Shown here: positions 10,957-23,049 of the stretch, one piece after another
Layout: every line of letters starts with the position of its first letter
Numbering within the stretch: the stretch's first letter is position 1
Source: Amphiscolops sp. MND2022
Taxonomy: Eukaryota
DNA: 64,000 nt
Direction: 5' to 3'
NCBI GenBank assembly: GCA_964187785.1
Contig: OZ076409.1
Location: 94,366,001 to 94,430,000, forward strand
Program-made: the position numbers and the translations under genes
Notes under the pieces: generated by a model
What the model saw: the letters and a program-made list of their open reading frames with translations, nothing else
What the model was told of the DNA's origin: nothing
Databases searched by the model: none

Positions 10957-13900
10957 TGTCTTTTTTGCATACACGATTTCCTTCTTGCTATTTTTTGGGA
11001 GGAATTTAATTAACTGCGCTTTTTCTTTCACTTCCTTCCCCGCTCGTCTTTCGTATTGCCCACCTAGCTTAGACTTAGTTTTCTTCTTTTTTTATTTTTA
11101 GCGGGCTTCACGTTTTCGTTCGACCACCTGATGCTTTCACGGCTTTTTTCCTGGTGGTTGTCGCATTTCCTGTTTCCTGATGCACCATTTCTGGTAGTTC
11201 CCTCTGTTTTCCATCTTTCTCCGGATTCGCCATTTCCGAAGGTTTTGCTTCCTCCATTGGTTTGATCTGGACTTCTTCTTTTGCCATTTCGGTCGTTTCC
11301 CTTATCTCATCCTTCGATGTCGTCAGGTTGGTACTGCTGCCTTTAAGTTTTGATTTCTTTATTGTAATATTACTCAATGTTGTTTCCTCTTCCTTCGACC
11401 GACATTACATATTTCTCGTCCTCTGATGAGTCTTTTTGACTACACTGCTTTGAGGTGCCAGCTATCATCTGTGTATTGTCCCTGGCCGCATGTCTTTTTG
11501 CATACACGATTTCCTTCTTGCTATTTTTTGGGAAGAATTTAAATGACTGCGTATTTTCTTTCACTACCTTTCCCGCTCGTCTTCCGTATTGCCCACCTAG
11601 CTTAGACCCTTTAGTCTTTCTCTTCACCACAATGTGGGTGCCTATTTCCTCTTTAAAATCTGAACCCTGAAGGTACCTTGGAGTCTTTTTCTGGAACATT
11701 TTTAATTCGATCTACGATTTTGCTTTTTACTGTACCCGGTTTGTCCGTATGGGTTTTCAAATGGTGATTTTCTGTCAATTTTTTTGCCCCTTTTAATGCA
11801 GAAAGTAACTCCGACAAGTCTCATCGATCACTTTCCAAGAATGCTTTCATTTGTTCTTTGGCCTTCATTCATTGATGGTTCGAAGTAATCGCTCAGTTCT
11901 GCCGTTTCCCCTCTGGTCGCCTACTGGAAAGTCATTGATGGTTGGGATTTATCGCTCAGTTCTGCCGTTTCCCCTCTGGTCGCCTACTGGACAGGTTTTT
12001 AAAATTTGAAATGGGCGAAAGTAGAATTCAAATTCTTTGGTACTAAATACTGAACCCGGACCAGATCTGTTTTGCTTCTGTATGCCATTTTGAGCTATAT
12101 AGTTTTTCAAAAATTCTATTACTTTCTTGGTTTTCGGTCTGTGTAAAATTGAGGCGAAGAGTGCAGCCAAGCAGGTAAAAACGGTAAACGTTTGTAAAAA
12201 CAATCCCAGTTCGGGGAAATTTCAAAATAGTTAGAAGCCAGAGGAAGTAGCGTTTGACTGTGCCGGTCCTTTTCAAAATGCGGAACACGGAAGAAGTTAT
12301 TGATGGTTACAATAGAAAACTACTCCCCTTGACCCGACGCCTCATTTTTATACAAACCGAAAACCGCAAAAGTAATTGAATTGTTGGAAAACCATAGTGT
12401 CGGGCCAAGGGGAGTTATCTCTCGCTACCAACAAATACTGTTTTACTTGTCCGCATTTTGAAAAGGACCGGCAAATTCCAACGTCATTTTTTACTTCGGT
12501 TTTAGCGATTTTGTAATTGCCCGGAACCGAGGTTGGTTTTGCAAACGTCTGACGTTTTTACCTGCTTGGCTTTACTGTTCGCAGCACTTTGATGTATTTA
12601 TTACCTCTCGGTGACTCTTTGGCCACCAGATGCCTGCTTTTTAGCTTAGCATTGTGTCTCGGCCTGGGTAGCCATAATGAATTGAACTCATTAATGATGA
12701 GCGTAGACTGACTAAACGCTCGTCCGTGTACAAAAAGTTGTAGTTATTGGCGCTGAATGAATTGCATGTCTTTCGCCACAGTGCTGGCAGTCTCGAAATT
12801 TTGGCACCTTCCCTGGGTTTTACTATTAATATCACTTTTTGTAGCATTTTGTCAGCTTCATAATTCGCTGTCAAATATGAATCGTTTTTTTTTGTCGACA
12901 ATGTTGGATGCGGTAGTTTGCATGTTTTTCTTTCGCGTTGACTCACGTTTCACAGTTTTCTAGCAGCACTGATTTTTTGTTGGCTTACGTTACCTTCTTG
13001 CGATTTGGTTGGTTTCTTTTACTTCTTTACGCTTCTTTTTTTCTACCGGCCTGTCGTATTGTTCGCCTCCCTTTCGCAATTCAGCATCAGCCGCGCGACG
13101 TAGTTTCATTGGTTTTGACATGTTCAATGGAGCTGTATCATTTTCTGAAATACCTTAAATTTTCGTAAACTAATTACTGTGAATTAATCGTTCCATGGTT
13201 TTTCCGCTTTCACCGAAGTTCCTTTTATTTCGTTTGTATGTCTCAGTAGATAGTCCGCAATGTCTTATACTCTACCGGGTGCGTGTGCTAATTCAAACTC
13301 GAACGGTAGTAGGCAATCTACCTATCTTGTTAGCCTGCTTGAGAACGTTTTGATCACTTTGCTCGGTTTCAATACTGATTTTAGTATCCTGTGATGGGAA
13401 ATTACTTGAAGTTCTAACTAGTTTATCAAGTGCTTCGCTTCGAAGTCCGTTAAAAATCTCTATAATGACACTGGTTTTCTTTTTTGTTTGTCGTACTGTT
13501 GTTAAAGCACCGCCCCAATCCGTGTTTACTGGCACCACAAACAATTCTCAATTTTTTTCGTTTGGAATGCGACAGTTCAGTTATTCTTTTTACTTTCTTT
13601 GTTAACGTTCGAAAATGCTTCATCATGTTCTTGAGTCCATTTGCACTCGGCCTCTTCCTTGAGAATTGAACTAAATGATTCGCAAGTGTTAGCTAGCTCT
13701 GTGACGATTTTGTTCAATTGGTTGACGACTCCTAAGAATGACCTCAATTAACTTGATCTCAGATTGTTCGGCCTCAACTTTTCGATGGTTCCTCGTACTT
13801 TGTCTTTTAATGGCAATGCCTTCCTGACAATTCACATCCCAGGTACTCAATCTTTGTACATTTGGCTATTTTTACGTTTATCGGCTCTCAATTGCAAATT

Positions 13901-14914
13901 GGCTTTTTCTAATACTTCAGACTTTTTTCAAATTTACACTTTTCCACCATTTGAAACAATTGAAATGTCGTCTATTTATACAAATCCATATTTACAAGTT
14001 ATATCTCCATTTTTTTTTAAAATTTCTTGGGCTTTATTGTGAATCCGTGGTGAACTGTTAGAAATCGATAGGTTCCTGTTTATTTTTTGCTTTTGATTTG
14101 AAAATTACAATGTTGTGCAGTACTTTCATATAATGAAACCTGTCCTCATGCGTACTTCATGTCCACTGACGATCGTATTACCTGACCGTCCTTTCCGTCG
14201 ATTTTTCTGCAATCATACATTACTTTATCTCAGTTCGGCATCTGATACTTGTCTTTCGCAATTGAGTTATTTACCGCTCTCGCATCCAATGCGTATTGAC
14301 CGAATGGTTGTTTCAACTATTTTCACGACTGGTTGTATGAAGACATCGTCTTTTATGGTATTTACTGTTCAATATGTCCCTGTTCTAACGATTTCTGTTT
14401 TTTTTATCCGCCTACTCATGTATTGCATTGAAGTTCTACGTCCTTTCTGTTGAGTTACTAGCGTACCATCTTTCATCTCAATTTTAATTTTGTGATTGTT
14501 TACTCTGCCGCGTCGCTTGAACAAATTGGGAAACTCATGAACTAATTGCTCCGCGTCCGGAATTAGCTTATTCTTCAATTCTACTCTTTCGCGCAAAATG
14601 TTATTTACTAATTCTCAACATTTTATGAATGGTTGTTCGATTTTCTATTTCAGTGCAGAAGTTGCAATCTCTGCTATAACCGCAAACACTGTTTAAAACG
14701 TGTGATGTTGCTCTATTCTTTTCACTTAAACTCTACATTTGAACTATGTATCATCCAGTAAATGTTTCTCTCAAAATAAACTTCGTACTGAAATATAGTC
14801 TCCTCAATTCAATCGTAACTTCACTATTTCAATTTCTTTAGTTAACCAATAAGAGTAACCCTGGTAGCTTTCGAAGGTGTCTAAAATGAATTATTATTTA
14901 CTGCTCATGTCACA
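10957..14914 (-). mobile_element. Degenerate Ty3/gypsy element (pol remnants, candidate LTR at 14701-14914)
   Basis: Minus-strand fragments EFPNLFKRRGRVNNHKIKIEMK...QQKGRR (pre-RT), SSIHYGYPGRDTML (integrase zinc finger), KKVIEFLKNYIAQNG and CPVGDQRGNGRTER (integrase core). 14701-14914 is bounded by TGTGA...TCACA. Confidence 0.8.
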
Positions 14915-17577
14915 TCTGCCATATGACAGAGACGAATATAATAAGCTTCAAATTAACGCCATTTTTATTACAGTGACCCCTCAGACGTGGATTACAAAGT
15001 ACTGGTGCTTCTAAATGAGGCCATTGTCCGCTTGCCGAATCTGCTGGGTCAATACGAATTGGGTCATCCTCTGTTGCCGCTAGATACTTTTTTGAACTAC
15101 ATGCAAAACCTAGGTTGCGATACACGCCAATTTTCCGAGCTTTGTAAATTGCAGTAGATTGATTCATTACAGTAAAACTTTCATTGCAGTAGAACTTTCA
15201 TTGCAGTAGAACTTTCATTTTATCGTGACAAGTTTTTATTCCATAATCTAATTTATCTGACCATGTTTTTTCACCATATTCACAAGAAAAATAAAATTTT
15301 GAAAATCTAATAACTTTATTTCTAAATAGATATTGACACCCAAAAAAGTTTTCAGCTAGTTTTTATAAAATAGTTAGAATGCTCGTGAAACGCCATTTAA
15401 ATCTGGGAAGGTCGTCAGCCTTTTTTCTTGCTTTCAATTTTTCTAACCAATTCCAAATTTTATCAGTTAGTACTTTTCTGAATATGAAAGCTTTGGCAAA
15501 ATGAAGAGAGACATGCGGCCAGTTTTCAATGAAAGATGGTCGATCTTTTCCAACATTGGGTCCCAAGAGAAGAAACCAGCTAGAGTAGCAAGTTTCATGC
15601 GAAATTTTCCATGAAGAATAGTACCTACGTGAAATTATCTTCCGGAAGAATAGAAAACAGAGAATATGTGGCAGAATTTTTCATTCAGGAGTCAGTTTCT
15701 CAATATAACACCTGAATTCGATAAAAAAATGGAGTGAATATCGTTTTAATTAGTAAACCACTGTATAATAGCATTGATGGTATCTCTAACTTTTTGTTGT
15801 CTTTTCACTTCATGCCTTTGAAATAATCTGTTCTAAGTATTCAACTTTTTGTAATTCATAAAACATTACTAAATACGAAACATGTTTTGTTTTTTTTTAC
15901 ACGATAATTTACAAATACAAGGTTGAAGTTACACAAGGAATTTGAGTGAATCAAAATCGTAAAGTCAGTCAGATGGTTTCAAAAGTCAGAAATGTCGTCA
16001 ATCCGCACTAATTTTCGCAAATAAATCACCCATTGCAAAGCAAAACACTCGAATTGGATGCTCCGAAAGAGTTTTAAGATATTACACTATCTCCTTTTTT
16101 CTATTTACCTTACACGATTTTTTCTTAACATGAAGGCCTCAAATATCTCATTTAGCTTTCAACCATGGGTTTTCTTAAAGCTAACTGAATCTATCGAGTG
16201 GAGCTGTCGTTTTATTTGTCGAAATCTGATGATCCGTGAAAGGCAGCATTCGCGTAGAAAATATTGATTCCGAGGGCGGAGAGATTTTCCCAAGGAACAC
16301 TCAAAGGTTTTATGATTATGTGGATAAAGCTTTAGCTTCACTGACTAGCTTGCCTAGTTTTCTCTTCGATTAAATTGACCTTCGGTTCAACCCGATTGAT
16401 TAGGAAAATTGGAAACGCAATGTAAATAATTTTACTGAGGCTTATTCAATCAGATGTTATTGATAACCAATCAACAAAAAATACGGCTAAAATTCAGATC
16501 CACAATTCAGCCACCCGTAACATCATAATATTATATCCGCGAGCTAAAACATTACCTTTCTGTTTCCAGAGTTCGTTTCAGACCCAAAAGTGTGGCAGTA
16601 AATGCATAATGGTCAAGTTTTGACAGTTTTTCAAAGCTGTTTTTCAAGTTTTGGTCGTAATCGAAAGCCAGAACTCGACTTCCGAGTACAACGGTTAATT
16701 GATTGTTATCTTCAGAATTATTTCCTCGTTGAAGTACAGTATTGTGACTTTAGGCTCGATTTTCTCGAGTCGGTTGAAAATTTTGAAAAACATCAGAATT
16801 AAAAAGTTTCCTAGAATTTCATCTAGTTGACATGAGTAATTCTTTAAATTGTCTGGGACAAAAATTGTGAAAGTTAAAAACAGTTGTTTATTAGCAAACA
16901 TGGGACATTTTTCCGTTTACCAAATTTTGTACGTTTTACATGCTGCTTTTTTGGCAAGTTTTAAATTCAATTAACCCCCGCAAATCTGCCGAAGCCATAC
17001 ACAAAATTTGATTTCAAAAATGATGAACTGTTTTTGAAACATGAGGCTCGAGAGGTGCAATTTCGTCGACTTACATGTATCAAGATTCAATGAAGTATTC
17101 TTTCATTTAGATTGTATCTCGATCAGAACACATCTCATTGAATTATTGACAATCTACAGAAGCCGAAGAATTCAAAATTCCGAGAAAAACTTTCAAACAT
17201 CTGACCGAAGCTGGGAACACAACAGAAGTCTTTTTTCTGTTCCTGAGAGTTTAGTTGATGCGCCAATCAAAATTGAATGTGAGAGCAAATTAGCAATGTT
17301 AATTGGTTGATAAGGGCTCTAAGCGCACAGGGAGACGATGTTAAAATCACTACTGTAGTTTTTGCTACCACTTTCAAGCCTTTTTCTAATCATTCAACTC
17401 AGTCAGAGCTCTTCTTTTTCAATGTAAACGTTTGTGCTACAAACGTTTTGCACATAGCAAAGACCTCTAAAATGCAACTATATCCTGATTCCTATCTTGG
17501 CCAGTGTACTGATCCAATATTCGCAGTTTTATACTCGAACATTTGAAAATTCATTTTGAAAAATGAAATTTTACTTT

Positions 17578-18090
17578 TGTTACGACATGTGCTCGTGTCG
17601 ATAATCTGAGTGTTTTTGACCCTAACAATTCTAGTAGTAGTGAAGAACATTCTAGACTAGTTTTCCAGGATCTTTCTCTTCCGTTTCGTTTCCTCCAATT
17701 CTCGGTTTCAACAGTTTTAGTAGCTCGTTTTGAGACTCCATCAACAGACCTTTTGCTTCAGAAGTGATTTTCAAAGACAGTCTCAGCTTTTCCAAGTCAC
17801 TATTTTCATTTCTGGGGACTTTGTTTTTGACGGACCTGCTGCCATGACGTCCCAAACGACAAGACCTACATTCACAACTGAATTTGAGGAGCTAAGTTGT
17901 CATTTACATTTTCGATGCTTCGCTGCTGGTTGTGCTTTCGTTTTTGATTTCTTGCTGACATTTTGAAGAGAAAGATTTCGATTTGAATTGTTTATTCAAT
18001 TTCGTTTGAGCGGTGAAACAACGATTGATCAAGTATTTTATTACTTTACGAAAACTTGAGTATATAACCTTTCCTAGCAACATTTTTTCC
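17578..18090 (-). mobile_element. Solo-LTR-like unit carrying a gag-like N-terminal ORF (family shared with 51568 and 56330)
   Basis: Minus strand: AAATGTTGCTAGGA..TTATATA, then MSARNQKRK...AGPSKTKSP...LRLSL...SQNELLKLLKP, ending GTCGTAACA (plus-strand TGTTACGAC at 17578). The upstream boundary is uncertain. Confidence 0.6.
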
Positions 18091-18567
18091 CTAAAACTAC
18101 TTGCGTCACTGAATGTCTTTCGAAAGATTAGTAATTTATGATTTTTGCGACAAATTTCTTATTTCAAAGTTGGGTTGCCCCAACGTTTCTTCAAGTTTCA
18201 TAAAGTTTCTATAGTTGGTATAAAAGATCACCCGTTTCCATACACTTTCAATCGTCGTTTTCTTTCCTTCAAGTTTGGGAGGTAGATTTTGCTTCGTCTT
18301 GGCAAACGGGAAATGTTTCTCAATTTTCCATCGAGCTCTCCTGATTTATGCTTGGAATGGCGGGAAAATGTGACGCGGAGCTAACGCTGGTGTGAACAAC
18401 TAATTTTGAACTTTCACTTACAGTTAGAGAAATTATGACTGATATCTGAAAATTAGATGTTCAAGTGTTGCTAGAATAGTGAAATTCAGCTGTTGTGACA
18501 CAATATAAATTATTCGGTCCAAATAAATTTCGCAATCAAAATAATAATAGGCGACGAAACAACTTGA

Positions 18568-19005
18568 TGTGATGCCATGATACATGTCCTCAAAGAACTT
18601 GAAAGTTAGCTAATCTAATAGATGTCATTTCATTTCGAAGTAAATTGAGTTTGACTAGACTATTAACATTCCTAAATAACTTTATTAATAACTTAAGACA
18701 ACCCAATTATAACCCATCTCGCTGTTGTCGCTTTTAATTGTCTAGCATGACAATCTAATTATATGTAATTATTGATGTAATTGTAGAATATATCTACTCG
18801 GAGAAAATTAGAGTCTTGACTGAAAAACGGTTTCCTTCTAGTAAAGTAACTGAGATCTCAGAGAAAGTAAAAATAGAGATATCTAGCTAGTAACATCCTG
18901 ATAACATCTTAGAACTTAGACGATACTGCTGTTAAGAAACTAAGACTTCTTATGTACCCACTTAAAGAAATAGGATCAATAACCAACACAGTTTTTAAAA
19001 GCTCA
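18568..19005 (+). repeat. 5' LTR (~438 bp)
   Basis: Starts TG. The first ~290 bp match 35698-35985. Ends ...AAAAGCTCA, 2 nt before a TGG-starting PBS. Confidence 0.8.
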
Positions 19006-19007
19006 AT

Positions 19008-19028
19008 TGGTGCGATCTCGAAAATCGA
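19008..19028 (+). promoter_or_regulatory. Primer-binding site (possibly tRNA-Gly)
   Basis: TGGTGCGATCTCGAAAATCGA; the reverse complement TCGATTTTCGAGATCGCACCA has tRNA T-loop/3'-CCA form. Confidence 0.6.
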
Positions 19029-20050
19029 CTTTTCTCTCCCTTTCCTACCACAACTTAACTCTTCTTGTACAGCTTTTCTAAACTTCTTGATCAGATACCA
19101 CTTTGTTCGACATACCGTTTCTCCTCCTCTCACTGTTATCTACAGTTATCGATTCAACGTTGCAACCAATTTCTAACGAAATTGATCCGTGTTGCTTTGG
19201 TTCTGACTGCGTACCGACGTAGTTCCTGTCAGTTTTTATTTTTTTGTTCCAACCACCACAGTGTGAATTCGTGTTGGCTTTTTCTTCTTCTCGTTCCGAT
19301 CCTACCGCAGACGTGCGAAACGTGTAGGTCTTCTACTCAAAACTTCTACTTCATTCTCCATTCTTTCGTCTCCCTTCTACAATTGCTATCCAGTGATTCT
19401 TGCTAGTAAAAATACTTTGGTTCTAGCCACATGGATCAACTCTAACAGTTGGCACACCTACAAAACAAAAATATTTTTCTACATCATATTGCTTGATCCC
19501 ATTCATTTTTTATATAACATCTATATAAATCTACTTTTTCAAAACCACTGTAACGGATCCAAATATTTTAGAAATCAAATATTATACACATATAAATTAA
19601 GTTACTATCAAATTATCTAAATCATATCTTTCTAGAACACATACAGAACATCGCTTTCATCCTTTATACATAAATGACTTCAGCTTAATTTCATTATATG
19701 CCTTTGGTTCTCTCTTGCACTTCTTGCAGGTCTTGCTCTCTTCTTTGACAAATTTTTAGTACCTTTCAAACCCAAATTTTAATATATAACATCTTTTCTT
19801 TATGCTTACAAGTATTATACTACCTCTTTTTGGACTACTTAGTATTTATCTTACATTTTGTACACTTATTACATACATTCCAAATAAATTCCTTCTCTTT
19901 CTCTGTAGAGTACTCGTAATTTCTCTCTAAATTGTTTTCGTAGATCAAATTTTTCCATATGACTCTCATTTCAATACTAAATTTCTTCTTTTACAATACT
20001 TATATCCTCTATGGCAAACATCTTATTCAACTTAAATATTATCTAGACCA

Positions 20051-22910
20051 ATGCTTCTTTCTCCCTTTTTACTATCTTCAGAAGAACGTCGAAAACGTTC
20101 TCTCACTAAAGATTTAATACCATTTTTACATAACTCAAGCTTTCAATACGCTAACCCACTTTCATTTGAAACAGATCCTCATAGTATACACACTATTCCT
20201 TCAAAAAGAGAACATTATGAATCTTACCTATTATACTTTCGTTATAAATGACTTGATTTTACCCAATCACAAACACCTTTTCAAATAATTTTACCCCAAT
20301 TATTAATATAAACACAGGAACATAACATAGAACAATACATCCACAAAACAATATTCTATCTATACAAGATGTCTTCATGACCTATATGGACAAACTTATG
20401 GAACACAATGAAAATCTTGACACACCATTATATTTTCCTTCCCAGCTCGAGAGTCTTAAAGAAAAACACGAATACTTTGAATTCCCAGATCTTGAAACAA
20501 AAATCCAACGACGTAATAATCCTCATTATTGGTTACAAGATATTGCACAAATCAGTACAGATTCTTTCAAAACATTATCCTTGATGACGATACAGTAGCG
20601 CAAATTAAAATCTTTTCACATTTTTTGTTAAAATTCTTTAGATTTAACTACCAACTATTATGGGAACAACAAGATCAGAACGCATATATTCATTTCCCTC
20701 AAGTACTAACTGAAATTGAACTTCCACTATACGTCATTATTGAAACAAATAAACATCTACATTACAGAGACCCTACCTCGATTACCATCAGTCATCTTGA
20801 ACTAATTAATCTTGACAACCAATTCCTCGTAGAAAATTCTGAAGTATCGGACAATAGACATTATACATCAACCAACATGACCCCTGAAATACCTTTCGAA
20901 CACTTTGATTTTAATAATGTACAACAGTATTCTCAACAAGATACTTTCTGTTCAGATGACTAAATAGAACAGTTTCAAACGAAGAAGAACAAATCCCTAC
21001 CCTACAAAATACACAACAAGACATAAATCTACCACAACATATACCAAATCTTTCTGAAATTGCCCCAATACAAAACGTTTCAGAACCTTCTGATATCACT
21101 ACAAATAATCCACAAAGCATTGCCATTACTAATGATGCAAATATCTTCCAAATTCCAATTCATAACGTAACACAAAATACACTTCTAAACAAAATCACGT
21201 TAATACTGATTCCAAGCAAGACGGTACTTCCACTATCTCAACATCAGATACTAATATAACTCCACATCAACTTCAAACACAACAACCTTCTCCTCGAAAT
21301 TATGATCCGCCTTCTATACCGCCACAATATGCAACTCAAACTCTGTCACATACTTCTCCACAACCAGGTTCTTCTACGCATACAAATGTACCTCAAAATG
21401 CACTCACTGTACAATTCAATACAACAAGTCCAACCAGAACATTGTCTTTATCAATCATACCATATACTCCAGCTCAACATACTCAAACACAAAATACCCA
21501 ACCTACTTTAATTATTAAAACTCTTCACAATACCTATACACAACCTTTGCCAATTACTCAAAATATAACATCAAACGCTTCACATACACCTACATGCAAT
21601 ACAATTCCTACATCCACAATACCTCAATCTACAGTTTCACATCCAACCTATATAAGCTCTTCTACTTCAATCTCTGAAGCTATCAAGCCTTTTGATGGTT
21701 TAGATCATAAGTACACACCAGAAGAATACCTCCAACACATAGAAGCACGTGTTACATTCTCACTAGGATTACCACCTTCATCTGCCCACGAATACAAATT
21801 CTGACACGCTAGACGAATGGCTTTTATTCAATGCTCCTTAACTGGTACAGCTCTCAGGTGGTACATCCGTTTAATTGATACATAAAAACAAGATTGGCAC
21901 GCTTTTGTACAAGCATTTAAAAAACAATTTGCTTCCCAGAAAAATGCTTACTATGCTCAACTCGAAGCCCTCAATCTTACAAAAAAGGACAACGAAGCAG
22001 TACGTCATTCTGCACTCAAAGTTCAACGACTAGTCGAAAAAGGCTGGTGCAATGAAAATGCATCTACCATAAAATTAAAATGCAATGAATTATTCACAAA
22101 AGCACTTTCCAAAATCTTAAAGACTTTGCCAACAAACGACAAGTGAAACACACTTTCACTGTTTTAGAACCTTTAACTCCCTTTCATACATTGGTGAAAC
22201 TTGTTGATGCGGAAGATATAGCAAATGATAAAATTAGAACACATGATCTTGCACTTGAAGTAAATAACATAACGAAACAATTACAAACTCAAACTCTTGA
22301 TTCTTCAAACCAAGAACAACTTATGTTTACACAACCCCGAGACCCAAATATCAAAAACAAACCTGCAAATGAAAAATATTGCTCCCACTATCAGAGAACA
22401 AATGACTCCAGTTCTGCTTGCTTAAAGAAACAACGAGATGATAACGATAAAAGAGAAGCTTATGCTAGATCAAAATCTCCCCAAAAATCTTTTGTACAAT
22501 ACTTTCGTTCTCTTTCTACTGATAGAACAAAACAATATGATACAAGATATCGAAGCAGAAGTAAATCACAAAAAATATTTATTATAACAAAGACAATAAT
22601 TCCCACACAAGATATCGTTCTACATCTAGAGATAGATTCAGTTATGACAAAAATACCACTCCTCCACAATACACACGATCACGATATGGCAATTATAAAC
22701 GAGGTTCAAGATCTTACAGATCACCTTACAGGTCATCATACTGATCTCCTTATAGACGCGATTCTCGTCCCAGATACAGATCACGTTCATATTCACACGA
22801 CAATAACTTTCAACGGTATACTTCTTCATTCAGACCACTTTCAAGACCGAGAGACCCTAGATCTTTTAGATCACGGTCACATTCACATTCTAGAAATAAA
22901 CGTAACACAA
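20051..22910 (+). pseudogene. gag: gag: long N-terminal and Thr/Ser/Pro-rich region, capsid, decayed zinc knuckle, RS-rich tail
   Basis: IKPFDGLDHKYTPEEYLQHIEARV...SLTGTALRWY...DWHAFVQAFKKQF (retrotransposon capsid-like, ~21680-22260). YCSHYQRTNDSSSAC (decayed CCHC). YRSTSRDRF...RSYRSPYRSS...RPRYRSRSYS. The 5' boundary is uncertain. Confidence 0.8.
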
Positions 22911-23049
22911 CTCAACCTCAAACACGGAATGATCCGAATAACTTCGAAGAACGCATGTATCACCCTACTGAAATGGCTAAAGCTGTGACACCTACAAGTT
23001 GGTTTTGCTCTTTATACACACACACCGCATCAAACCGAATCCAACAAGA

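Noticed and set aside
14910..17546. Host gene exons
   Set aside because: Short ORFs on both strands with no recognisable motif or consistent splice pattern.
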